62,876 nucleotides of DNA from Chiloscyllium plagiosum (lineage: Eukaryota), in assembly GCF_004010195.1 (NCBI RefSeq), contig NC_057718.1, positions 61,420,301-61,483,176 of the forward strand. Direction: 5' to 3'. Shown piece by piece: positions 11,953 through 23,925 of this stretch. Below the pieces are notes generated by a model. The model did not search any database and was not told the origin of the DNA. It was given only the letters and a program-made list of their open reading frames with translations. Positions within the stretch are counted from its first letter, which is position 1; every line of letters starts with the position of its first letter. The position numbers and the translations under genes were made by a program.

Positions 11953-14096
11953 ACCAGATTCCTCCCTGGGAAAATTGTGTTTACCAACACCATAGCGAGT
12001 GGTTAAAGAATGAAGGTAATGGTTGGTAATCCGCACAAGGTGAATGAATGCCAACTTTTCTGGGGCACTCTCAGGTTAATTCTTTGTATCAGTTCATGAG
12101 AGCTGCTTTTGTTGACAAAATCAGTGAACTAATTTATTAAATGACTATATAGTGAAGTTACATTCAATATAAATGCTACGGAACTGGAATTTTGTTTTCA
12201 CTGAAATGGATAAAAGAAATAATATCTTTAAACAGACAAGAACCAATTGGAAAATGAAAATTGCAGTCAGCTTTAATCAACATCACATTTTAAAAAATGT
12301 AAACCTGAAATAGTCCTAGTTTCCAAAAGCTTTTTTTCGCTATAAAGTTTTCTGTATTAATGTCAGTCCTACACTTCTGGCCTAGATCACAGACAGAGAC
12401 ATCAAGTACCAACCCCAGCTATTAAAACTTTGGTTAGTTGGATATTTCAGTTCTTTCAAGTTGTATCAAGGTATGAGATAGGGAGAGGTTCCATGGTAGA
12501 CACAGAACTCTACCACTTATGTTCTTGATATCTAATGCCCAGATTACATATGTTACCCTGACATACATGACATAAATAGTGGAATAAACTAGTTATTTAA
12601 TTGGCAACTTTAAAAATGCTGGATGCTACATTGGAGAATTATCATTGATAAGTATTTTCTCTGCTGTGTAGGAAACGACTATTCAAATAACATGACAAAC
12701 CTTAAACAAAAGCGAACAGCTTAAACTTTTGTTCACATTGGCTCCTGTCAATCAATGTGTAGTGAGGTGTGATTATTTCAGAAATTGGTCCTGAGTTATC
12801 TGCAGTCTATAACCTCTCGGTTGATTGATTGATTGACAGGTGACTATGTAAGTAATTTTTGGTTATGATTCATGGCAACATCTTAATAAATGACACTACA
12901 AGCTGATGATTTTCAGGTTCTGATTAATTTAAGAATATCTTTTTAATCATTATTTTCCAGTAATTCAGATTTATGATGCCAAACTGTTGAGTTTACTTAC
13001 AGAGTAAGGCTTATGAATTGTACTATGCAGGAAGATCGCATGCAAATTTGGCCTAATTTCTTTCATAATAACATTGGCCTGAATGAGCTTTGCACTGCCA
13101 GACTACCTGAGCACACAACAGGGGGCAGTGTGCAGTGTTTGCTGATAACATATAGTGTAACCAGCCACTCTTAAAGGACTGCCTTTACTGCCTTCCAAAG
13201 GTACACAAAGCCAACACACCGGGACGTCCCATCATGTCGGGCAATGGGACCCTATGTGAGAATCTCTCCGGCTATGTGGAAGGCATCTTGAAACCTCTTG
13301 TACCGGGGATCTCCAGCTTCTGTTGCGACACTACGGATTTCTTACAGAAACTCAGCACCAACGGACCAGTCGAACCGGGAACATTCATCGTCACAATGGA
13401 CGTTTCCTCACTTTACACCAGCATCCCCCATAATGATGGCATCATGGCAACAGCCTCAGTACTCAACACCAACAATTGCCCATCTCCAAACACCATCCTA
13501 CAACTCATCCGCTTTTATCCTTGATCACAACGTCTTCACCTTTGACAACCAGTTCTTCATCCAGACACACGGAACAGCCATGGGGACCAAATTTGCACCC
13601 CAATATGCCAACATTTTTATGCACAGGTTCGAACAAGACTTCTTCTCTATGCAGGATCTCCAACCAACATTGTACATCAGGTACATTGACGATATTTTCT
13701 TCCTCTGGACCCACGGCAAGGAGTCACTGATAAAACTACACAGTGACATCAACAAGTTTCATCCCACCATCAAACGCTTGACTGTCTGTCTCAGTCTTGG
13801 ATACATGCATCTCCATCAAGGATGGACACCTCAGCACCACACTCTACCACAAACAACCTCAATGCTACACTTCTCCAGCTTCCACCCAAAATATATTGAA
13901 ACAGCCATCCCCTATGGACAAGCCCTATGCATACACCGGATCTGCTCAGATGAGGAGGAACGTGACGGACACCTGGAAGTACTCAAGGATGCCCTCACAA
14001 GAACGGGGTACGATGCTCAACTCATCCACTGCCAGTTCCGACGTGCCACAGCAAGGAACCGTAATGACCTCCTCAGGAGACAGACACGGGCTGCAA

Positions 14097-14327
14097 NNNN
14101 NNNNNNNNNNNNNNNNNNNNNNNNNNNNNNNNNNNNNNNNNNNNNNNNNNNNNNNNNNNNNNNNNNNNNNNNNNNNNNNNNNNNNNNNNNNNNNNNNNNN
14201 NNNNNNNNNNNNNNNNNNNNNNNNNNNNNNNNNNNNNNNNNNNNNNNNNNNNNNNNNNNNNNNNNNNNNNNNNNNNNNNNNNNNNNNNNNNNNNNNNNNN
14301 NNNNNNNNNNNNNNNNNNNNNNNNNNN
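14097..14327. other. Assembly gap (231 N) flanked by a ~660 bp direct duplication
   Basis: 13435-14096 is repeated at 14328-14988. Confidence 0.97.
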
Positions 14328-15639
14328 GATGGCATCGCGGCAACAGCCTCAGTACTCAACACCAACAACTGCCAATCTCCAAAACCATCCTACAACTCAT
14401 CCGCTTTTATCCTTGATCACAACGTCTTCACCTTTGACAACCAGTTCTTCATCCAGACACATGGAACAGCCATGGGGACCAAATTTGCACCCCAATATGC
14501 CAACATTTTTATGCACAGGTTCGAACAAGACTTCTTCTCTATGCAGGATCTCCAACCAACATTATACATCAGGTACATTGGCGATATTTTCTTCCTCTGG
14601 ACCCACGGCGAGGAGTCACTGATAAAACTACACAGTGACATCAACAAGTTTCATCCCACCATCAAACTCTTGACTGTCTGTCTCAGTCTTGGACACATGC
14701 GTCTCCATCAAGGATGGACACATCAGCACCACACTCTACCACAAACAACTTCAATGCTACACTTCTCCAGCTTCCACCCAAAACATATTAAAACTGCCAT
14801 TCCCTATGGACAATCCCTATGCATACACCGGATCTGCTCAGATGAGGAGGAACGTGACGGACACCTGGAAGTACTCGAGGATGCCCTCACAAGAACGGGG
14901 TACGATGCTCAACTCATCCACTGCCAGTTCCGACGTGCCACAGCAAGGAACTGTAATGCCCTCCTCAGGAGACAGACATGTGCTGCAACTGACAGGGTAT
15001 CCTTCGTTGTTCAGTACTTCCCAGGAGCTGAAAACTTACGCCATGTTCTTCGTGACCTGCAACACATCAATGAGGATGAGCACCTCACCAAGACCTTCCC
15101 CACACCTCCACTATTTGCCTTTAAACAACCGCCAAACCTCAAACAGATCGTTGCTCATAGCAAGCTGCCCAGCTCTCAGTACAACTCCATACAACCCTGT
15201 CACGGTAGGCACTGCAAGACTTGTTAGAGTATGGACATAGATACCACCATTACACGTGGGGACACCTCCCACCTTGTACATGGCAGGTACTTATGTGACT
15301 CAGCCAACGTTGCCTACCTTATACATTGCAAGCAAGGATGCCCGGAGGCATGGTACATTGGGGAAACCGAGCAAAGGCTACGACTACAGATCACCGCACA
15401 ACAATCAACAGAAGTGTTCCTTCCCAGTTGGGGAACACTTCAGTGGTCCAGGCCATTCAGCCTTGGACCTCCAGGTGACCATCCTCCAAGTGGACTTCGG
15501 GATAGGCAGCAGAGAAAAGTAGCTGAGCAGAGGCTGATAGCTAAGTTCGGTACCCATAGGGAGGGCCTCAATTGGGACCTTGGGTTCATGTCACATTACA
15601 GGTGACCAGGTTATAGTCCAACAGGTTTAATTGGAAGCA

Positions 15640-15674
15640 CACTAGCTTTCGGAGCGACGCTCCTTCATCAGGTG
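15640..15674 (-). ncRNA. Minimal type-I hammerhead ribozyme motif
   Basis: Exact reverse complement of 16030-16064. Confidence 0.85.
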
Positions 15675-16029
15675 ATAGTGGAGGGCTCAATCGTAACACA
15701 GAAGTTATAGCAAAAATTTACAGTGTGATGTAACTGAAATTATACATTGAAAAATTGATCGTCTGTTAAGCCTTTCATCTGTTAGAATACAGTGATCACA
15801 AAACCCTTTTTTTTAAAGTTGCATTCTCAGGATAGCTGTTAACAATGGTGACAACAATGCAACTTTTAAAAAAAGGGTTTTGTGATTTACACATGAAAGA
15901 AGTGAAACTATCACAGTATTCTAACAGATGAAAGACTTAACAGAATCAATTTTTCAATGTATAATTTCAGTTACATCACACTGTAAATTTTTGCTATAAC
16001 TTCTGTGTTACGATTGAGCCCTCCACTAT

Positions 16030-16064
16030 CACCTGATGAAGGAGCGTCGCTCCGAAAGCTAGTG
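16030..16064 (+). ncRNA. Minimal type-I hammerhead ribozyme motif
   Basis: CAC-CUGAUGA-A-GGAGC(guc)GCUCC-GAAA-GC-UA-GUG: stem I CAC/GUG, 5-bp stem II, palindromic AGCU stem III, predicted cleavage after CUA. Confidence 0.85.
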
Positions 16065-16169
16065 TGCTTCCAATTAAACCTGTTGGACTATAACCTGGTG
16101 TTGTGTGATTTTTAACTCTTAAAGGAGACCTTCATTCAGTGGAGACTGACTTCTGTAGGATCTGCATAA

Positions 16170-16600
16170 ATAGAGCACCAGGAAGGAAACTCACACATTC
16201 ATGAAGGAGGTTTTGCATAGGAGGAATTGCAATAGAAAGTCCTTAAGGACTATTCTCAGAAGGAAATGGGACCGGATGGTCAGGGAGGTCAATTCCCAGA
16301 ATCTGACCCTGAGGGATGGTCAGCAATGCTGCACAAACTGTAGTGACTTCACTCAAGTTCACTGAATGTAACCTTTAATGTCCACTGACAAGTACCACAA
16401 CACCAATCTCTTACATTACTCAATGCACCAACCCCCTTTGTCACACAACTGCATATCCTTAGCAATTCAGATGTGACAATCATCACCCAAACATAATGTA
16501 AAACATTCCTGACTTACCCCTTCTCTTTCAGAACAAGGTTGCACACAACAGGAACAGAGAAGTGGTTGGGGGACAAAGACACAAGCATCTCCCAAACCAA
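16170..16600 (+). pseudogene. Harbinger/PIF Myb/SANT-like accessory gene relic with intron
   Basis: WDRMVREVNSQNLTLRDGQQC..CSDF matches the trihelix pattern W..ia..vN....R...qC.kk..D; acceptor ttctctttcag then KVAHNR...GG. Confidence 0.6.
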
Positions 16601-17859
16601 ACAGAGATGATTCTCGACATAGACCATATCAAGTGTCAGTGGGAACATTGAGAATGATGAAACATTCCTGCCTTTTTCTCCTTCTCAGCTTCAAGTTTCC
16701 TCTCACCTTATCAATCAATCCGATGAGCATGCTGCTGGTTCTATCATTTTCACTTTCATTCTTTCAACCCTCCCCAAATCTTTACCCAACCTTCCCCTTC
16801 TGATCTTCTGCTTTCAGCCACCCAGGAACATCTGCCTTCCCAGCCACAATATACCCAGGTGGAGAATATACAAAATAAAGAGCGCTGATGAAAATAACCA
16901 CCACATGATTTGACAGTTATAGCTAAGAACTCAGGCATTGGCACCGCATGTACTTTGGAAGCTGCCATAACAATGGAAACAGCCCATTGTGAGTCGGTGA
17001 GCACTAGTATGCAGCAACTAGAGCGAAGAGAGAGTGTATATATCAGCTCAGTAGACAACAAGGTGACAGAGGTTTTGTTACAGGTGAGGACATTGATTGG
17101 CAGAATACATTAGAATGTCATTGAGGATACACAGAGATGAGCTGGTTGCATTGGTTGGTCCACCAGAAGGATCCTGGATGTGTCCAGGTTGGTTTAAGGC
17201 ATTGTATATAGTTGGTTCTCTCTGCAGTCTCAGTTCCATGTCTGTGCTTTGTTGCTCACTCAGAGTCACTATGACTGAAGGTCCAACCATTCCTTGCAAA
17301 ACCACATACCATAACACTGCACTGCAATAGTCAACATTATTCTAAATGATCTTGCCTGCAATGTAGATATCTGACCCTTGAACTAGCCCATTCTGTTGGC
17401 CCCCTCTTGCGTGACAAGTGAATGCTTTGATCCAAGTTTATAAATTGTACACCAAATCAAATATGGCTGCTGTTATAATAAAAGTAGCAGCTGGAAGGCC
17501 TCCAGGAGACATAAGACACTGCCACAAAGATGTGCTCTTCCCAACATGGAGTGTCACATGGACTATTTTGGACGCAACTGGAGAGATCTCCGACTTCTGT
17601 AACACTATTGCCAGGGATGCCACCTGTTGTCTATGGGTCTGGAAGGGTCTGAAAGGGCTAATATTTGATTAATGTTGCAATAAGGACCGTCCACTGTGGT
17701 GAGGATATTAGAACTTGGGGACAGAATAAAGTAGGATCTCATCGGAGACAGACCGAAGGCTAGAAACTTGCAACAATCTTTGAGTAATGTCATGCCTGTT
17801 ATTATAACCTGCAACCAGCTGTAGAGACGTGATGTTCTGCATATTGTTTACTGTATAAG

Positions 17860-18360
17860 ACTCTTCTCATTCGACATGAATATAGCTACTTAAACCAGGT
17901 TAAACCTTCTAACTTAAACCCCTAAAAAATGACATACTTAGAAGACACAGATAACAGCAAACACAATATGGTGAGCAGTCTGGTATTTGAAGATTTTATT
18001 GAGCAACACCAGTCCTGATGAGCCAAATACAGTGGCATCCCAGACTTTAAAAGAAGCAGATACATCTGTTATCTGAAACAGTGAACCACAAAATCTCTTG
18101 GCAATACTCAACATTGAAGAATACTTAAACAATATTCTTTAATGTTGCATGTTGCTGAAAACATTTCAGACCTGAAAGAAGATGCATTGAAATAAAAGAA
18201 ATGTACAGCTCCAAGACAGATATATAGCCTGCATTGTAAAGTGGTGGTCTATGGAAATGATCCTAATTCTGAGCTCAGCTGATAAGCAACATACAGCAGA
18301 GAATGTGAGTCAAAATTAAATGTTCTTAAACTTTAAACAGGGTGGTAATTCAAGCAGAAA
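17860..18360 (+). pseudogene. Very decayed PLE RT relic (tentative)
   Basis: Colinear weak motifs LFSFDM, ADTSVI..LLAILNI, FKQGG resembling SFDV / DDTFV..LN / NGY. Confidence 0.3.
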
Positions 18361-18399
18361 GAGTGTGAAGTTGTAAAAAGTCCCCTCTCAGATCAGGCA

Positions 18400-19570
18400 A
18401 CATTGCCATAGCACCCTGAAACACATGAGGCCTGGTCAGGAAAGAATGGATCTAACAAAAAGAGAGAAACAACACACAATTGTGAAGCAGACAGCCAGGG
18501 GAATTGCAGACCCACTCACTTAGAGCAGATCAGCATTGGGCCATTTAAAGATATGAGCAATTCTGGTTGAACACAATTTTTTTCTGGAGAATCTAACCTC
18601 AGAACTCAAAATTCTGGAAATGGCACATTTTAACAGAAGACGACAAAACCCAGAGTAATCTATTCATGATGTCATTAATGAGTTCTACAGTTTAGTAAAA
18701 ACATTAAAGTCACCATTGTCCTCCCAGACCATGGGGCTGCTCTCTCATTGGAAAAAGATGATTGTTGGTGGTTTAACTTGAAGTCTCCGCACCTTAGGCA
18801 AGGGGACAGACTAAGAAGGAGAGTTCTTCACCGTCTCCTCAGCCAATATAGGAATTGAACCCCTACAATTGACAGCACTGAATTGCAAACAATTATCCAA
18901 GCTAATCGGCCTCCACACTAGTAGAGAAATGTGATTATGTTGACTTAAGGTCAGAATTCACAAGAAACAAATTGTTGCAGGCATTACTGATGAGTCTTTG
19001 TCAGATTTATTATAGTCCATAGAAGACCTAACTCAAAAAAAACCATTCAAATTATGAGTGAACACCATGTAAGTAACAGGTGAAATCCTAAGGGGAAAAG
19101 ATTAAACTCAGTAAAGAACATCTTCTGAATCCATTCTATTCTTAAGATATAGAATGTTGAAGGAGGAAGCCAATACAGTGGAAAGGTCAGACACAAAAAC
19201 TAAACTTCTTTGCCAATGCTGTGAAGAAAAGAAATCTCACAGGTATTCACAATGCCAGCTATTAAAATAAAATTCCTTTATTGGAAAACAATTCTGTCAC
19301 TTTGAGAAAATTTATGAAAACAGGACATAGCTACAGAAAAGCAAAAGATCAAAGAACTCCCACATAAAGATAAATGAGGTAGAACCATCTCCAGAAGAAG
19401 TCAATCCCAAAGATATCCGAGGGAAAATCGATAACCCAAAATAAACATACTGGCCTGTAGATATTTACAACATTGAGCAGCTCATGAATCCCTCACATTA
19501 GAAACAGGAGAAAGGGCCCCAATATTGTCAGTCTTGGTTGACAAAACATTCCATTGCCTGTGCTATTGTC
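18400..19570 (+). mobile_element. Gypsy LTR retrotransposon gag-protease relic
   Basis: ILEMAHFNRRRQNPE*SI..EKCDY..IVAGITDESLSDLL..EDLT gag motif, double zinc-knuckle remnant near 19230, LETG protease-like motif near 19500. Confidence 0.7.
18705..18905 (-). mobile_element. tRNA-derived SINE nested in the Gypsy gag
   Basis: Homologous to 34068-34266; minus-strand B box gggttcaattcc. Confidence 0.7.
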
Positions 19571-20271
19571 ACCAGGCTTGATGGGAAAGAACAGTAAGAT
19601 CTCACGGGAGATAGACCAAAGGCTAGGTCATCCCAATAGGTTTTGGCACAATGTGGATCACGTTCTTAAAATCTGAAAATAATTGTAGAGGCACAATAAA
19701 TGATATATTATTTACTCTCCAAGGCCAAAAGGTGGTTAACCTTGCACACATCAAAGCGCATAAGCCCCAAAAGAACCCACACACAAAGATATGGATGGAA
19801 GCACACACAACATTATGAATTTGAACTTTAAGCCCATAGGAATTGGGAAGAACCAAAGGGCCAAGGCCTAACAAGTTTGCTTTTGAGCATTTGAGTCACA
19901 TGCCATAACAATAGTGAAGCTGTTGACTAATATGGGAGTCAATATTTTGAGTCAAGTAATCTACAGAAAAATGTAGCAGCAGTGTGTTGAGGAAAACAGC
20001 CTTTTGCTTCTCTGAGCAGATTTAATGGTTTGTTTGAGGCTATGAAGTCTATTAAAAATTTGTTCAACTAATTTTTCATTTTGGAAGCCATTCAGAAGTG
20101 CACTTATACTTAAGGAATGCTTTATACAGTCTCTACAAGAAAGGGAGCCATAAAGGATGCATTGTAAAATCTAGGACCAAGGTCTCTAAAGGACAAGAGA
20201 GTGTGATCATTCCAATCTGTGTTTTATCTTTCCACTGTTAAAAACAAGGCAGGAATATATTGGAACATGCA

Positions 20272-21692
20272 ATAGAGTCATAGAGTCAGAGTCCTACAGC
20301 TTGGAGACAGGCCCTTTGGCCCAAACTAGTCCATGCCGATCAAAATGTCTATCCATGCTAAGCCCATTTTCCTGCTCTTGTCCCATATCCTTCTAATTCT
20401 TTCCTAGCCATATATTTATCCAAATGCTTTTTAATTGTTGTTACTGTACCTGCCTTAATAACTTTTGCTGGTAGCTTATTCCATATGCGAACCACTTTCT
20501 GCATAAAATAATTGTCATTTTATTCTTTCTCCTCTAACCTTAAACTGATCCCCTCTAATCATCGATTCTCCAAACCTGGGAAAAACACTGAGTGCATTGA
20601 CCCTATCCATGCCTCTCATGATCTCATACACTTCTATAAGACCTCCCCTCAGTCTCTTATGCTCTAAAGAAAACGATCTGAGCTTGCCCAACCTTTTCCT
20701 GTAACTCAGACCATTGAGTCCCAGCAACATCCTTGGAAATTTCTTCCGCACTCTTTCCAGTTTAATAACATTCTTGCTGTAGCAGGTTGACCGAACTGAA
20801 CACAATATTCCAAGTGCAGCCTCACCAGTATCCTGTACAACTGCAACATAACTTCCCAACATCTATATTCAATGCCCGGATTATTGAAGGCCAATGTGCC
20901 AACAGTCTTTTTCACTGCCCTGTCTACCTGTGGCTCCACTTTCAGAGAACCCTGCACCTGAACTCCAACATCCCTCTGTTCCACTCCACTTGTTAAGGGG
21001 CCCTACCATTCACCATGAACCTCCTACCTTGATTTGACTTTCCAAAATGCAAGGCCTTACACTTATTTACATTAAATTCCATTTGCCATTTATTGGCCCA
21101 CTTCCCCAGCTGATCAAGGTTCTGCTGCAATTTCTGATAACCTTCCTCACTGTTCATGATACCTCCTATTTTAGTTTCATCTGCAAATTTACTATCAGGC
21201 CTTGTACATTCTCTTACAATTTAGTGATATAGATAATAAGCAGCAATGGTCCCAGCTCCGACCCTGAGGCACTCTACTAGTCACAGGCCACCAGTCCAAC
21301 AAGCCTCCCTCCACTATTACCCTCTGCTTCCTACCATCAAGCCAATTGTGTACCCAATTTGCCAGCTCACCCTGGATTCTATGTGATCTAACCTTCCAGA
21401 GCAGCCTATCATGTGAAATATTTTCATTGGCCTGACTGAAATCCATATAGATCACATCTACTACCCTTGTTAACCTTCCTGGTCACTTCATCAAAGAACT
21501 CTAACAAATTTGTGAGGCATGATCTCCCAAGTACAAAGCGACATTGACTACTCCTAATCAAACCCTGGTTTTTCCAAATGCATGTATATATGATCTCAGC
21601 ATCTTAAGTAACTTACCTACCACAGATGTTAGGCTTATTGACCTATAATGCCTAGATTTTTATTTGCAGCCCTTCTTGAATAAGGGCACAAT
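20272..21692 (-). mobile_element. 5'-truncated CR1 LINE
   Basis: IYMDFSQA, VTSRVPQG, LEYCVQF, LRGGLIEVYEIMRG; (tagagtca)n tail at left. Confidence 0.93.
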
Positions 21693-22561
21693 AAGCATGA
21701 AAAAAAAATTAAATTGAATGTTTTGTAAACTGTTGGGTATAGTAATGGGATGAGGCCACAAATTTATTTTGTAGTCACATGCTCAAAACTTAGAATCAAT
21801 GTTGGGATTTTCAAGATGATTCAGCAGGGATGGTGTTTATGGTTTGAGATCTATGATACTTTACGACACACTTGCAAAATAATCTCCTTTCCCCAGGAGA
21901 TTTGCCACAGCAAGTGAGCCTCACACCAAAGCCCTGAATCATTCCATTGATACTGAGGACTGTGGTTATTCATACACCATTGAATGTTTGTGGTTATCAG
22001 CCAAGTGGGTGTTGGGTTTAGTAAACCATAATATTAGTCAGTTGTAACCTCATAATTAGGCAATCATCAAGATTTGTTTTTCCTGGGGTTTGGACGTTCT
22101 ATCAGTAAAATCCTAGCTGCTTTTCATTCCAATATTCTGGTAGCCCATACTATACTGCAGCTGACACTCAAGTGGAACTATTTTACTCACCTTGGTGGAA
22201 AGATTAAATTAACTGGATCAATGTCAGATTATCAGATTTATTATCTTATAGAGTCCTATGTAGAATACATATCAGTTAAGGGTCACTAAAATTAAGAATT
22301 CTATTTACAGGGCATATTTATTCAGATAAAAGTTCAATTTCTACACAGGCTGTTTATTGAGAGTGATTAGATGTAGCTAATTTTATTCACAGTGGTAGTG
22401 CCCTGAATGTTTCTGCTTTAATCTTCAAGAGCAATGAATAGACGTATTAAACATAGCTGAAATAGAAGCATTTGTTTTTGATACATCATATTGCTGTGCT
22501 CTCTAATGAAAAATATTCCATGCTGACTGAAAGCATTAGACAACACCTTCCAAATATACAA

Positions 22562-23125
22562 ACATAGAAAATAGGTGGAAGAGTAGCCATTTGGCCTTTC
22601 AAGCCTGCTATGCCATTCAGTATCATCATGGCTAATCATCCAACTCAGTACCCTGTCCCTGCTTTCTCCCCATACATTTTGATCCCTTTAACCTTAAAAC
22701 CTTTATCAAACTCAATACAAATAAAACAAATACAAGGCACTCCAATCTTTTTATTCTTACATTTTTTATCATGTCCCTTCTTTTCCTCCAGATCATAAAT
22801 GCAGTGCCTATTTCCATAAGTATGGATGCCAGCCCTTGATTTTCTATTCTGCAGTGCCCTCTGAATGAGCAATGCACCTCTTGCAATCCTCCCTCCTTTT
22901 CCCCACAATCTTGAACTTGCATCCTTTTCAATTCCATCTTGAATGTTTCGATTTAGTCTGCCCCCACCATAGTGTCAAGCAGCATATTCTGGAGCCAAAC
23001 TACTCGCGGCTTGAAAAAATCTTTCCTGGTGGTATTGTTTCTTTTGCCAATTGCATTAAACTTGTCTACTTCATCCTCAATCATTCCACCAAGAGGAACA
23101 ACTCTTTCTTATCTACTCTGTTCAG
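22562..23125 (-). mobile_element. CR1 3'-end fragments (two old pieces)
   Basis: KGIKMYGEKAGTGY plus a 3'UTR matching the 41 kb CR1 end; second decayed piece at 22905-23125. Confidence 0.7.
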
Positions 23126-23459
23126 TCAATTAAATGAGTGCATTTTAGCAAAAATAAAGAGGTGCTTCTGATGAATAATTACTATAGAAAAGCCTACAAA
23201 GTGTTCCAAACCAAAGCAATGAAACTGCAAATGTACTTCCTGAATATCAGCAACTGTATCACCTACTTCTCTTATCTGCATACATTTCAATGCATCAGTC
23301 ATTGTATTTGGAAGTGGCTCAAGCCAAGACCAATGGAAAGAATAATTAGTTAAGCCCAGATGAAATATAACCACATGAAATGACTTCCTACGTTCTGAGG
23401 GTTATTACTGATCATAAATGGAACAGAAACAACTATAGATATAGAAGCTACAAAAGCAA

Positions 23460-23925
23460 GTCAGAGGCTGGGGGTTTTGCAGTGGCTAACTTACATCTTG
23501 TCTCCCCAAAGCCTGTACCCCATCTGCAAGGTACAAGTCAGGAGTATGTGGGACTGCTCGGTATTTGCCTGGATGCAGCTCCAACAATAGTCAAGAGGCT
23601 TGATGCTATCCAATATAAAGCAACCCACTTGATTGACACCATATCAACCATCTTGAACATTCACAGGGCAAAGACAGCAGATATATGAGAAGGCCTACAG
23701 GTTACCCAGCAAGCCACACACTATCTTGACATGGAAACATGTCACTGTTCCTTCACTGTCACGGAGATCAAAATCCTGGAACTCCCTAACAGCTCTATGT
23801 GTGCAACTATACCATACTGACAGCAATGGTTCAAGAAGCCAGTTCAACGCCATCATCTCAACAGGCGATTAATAGATGCTAGCTAGTCATGAGCACCAAC
23901 ACTATGTGAATGAATAGATAAATAA
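23460..23925 (+). mobile_element. 3' end of a CR1/L2-superfamily LINE
   Basis: Post-RT C-terminal motif (KVQVRS..., AAPTIVKRLDAIQYKATHLI) and gtgaatgaata tail. Confidence 0.75.

Larger units (their letters stand above)
15606..16098. repeat. Long inverted repeat (inverted pLTR pair)
   Basis: Arms ~15606-15825 and ~15856-16098, ~30-nt spacer, one ~26-nt indel. Confidence 0.95.
13179..16114 (+). mobile_element. Penelope-like retroelement (Neptune-like), 5'-truncated, ending in a palindromic pLTR
   Basis: LPKVHK..PGRPI, MDVSSLYTSIPH, GTAMGTKFAPQYANIFM, RYIDDIF, Cys linker PCHGRHCKTC, GIY-YIG NVAYLIHC..C..WYIGET, stop at 15605; 12-bp TSD actcttaaagga at 13167-13178 and 16115-16126. Confidence 0.95.

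Noticed and set aside
13797..15227. 476-aa and 372-aa long ORFs
   Set aside because: Artefacts of reading through Ns and the duplicated, frameshifted PLE RT
18011..18046. agtc-ctgatga-gcca..tggc..gact, HHR-like
   Set aside because: Lacks the GAAA and NUH core and lies in a probable RT coding relic
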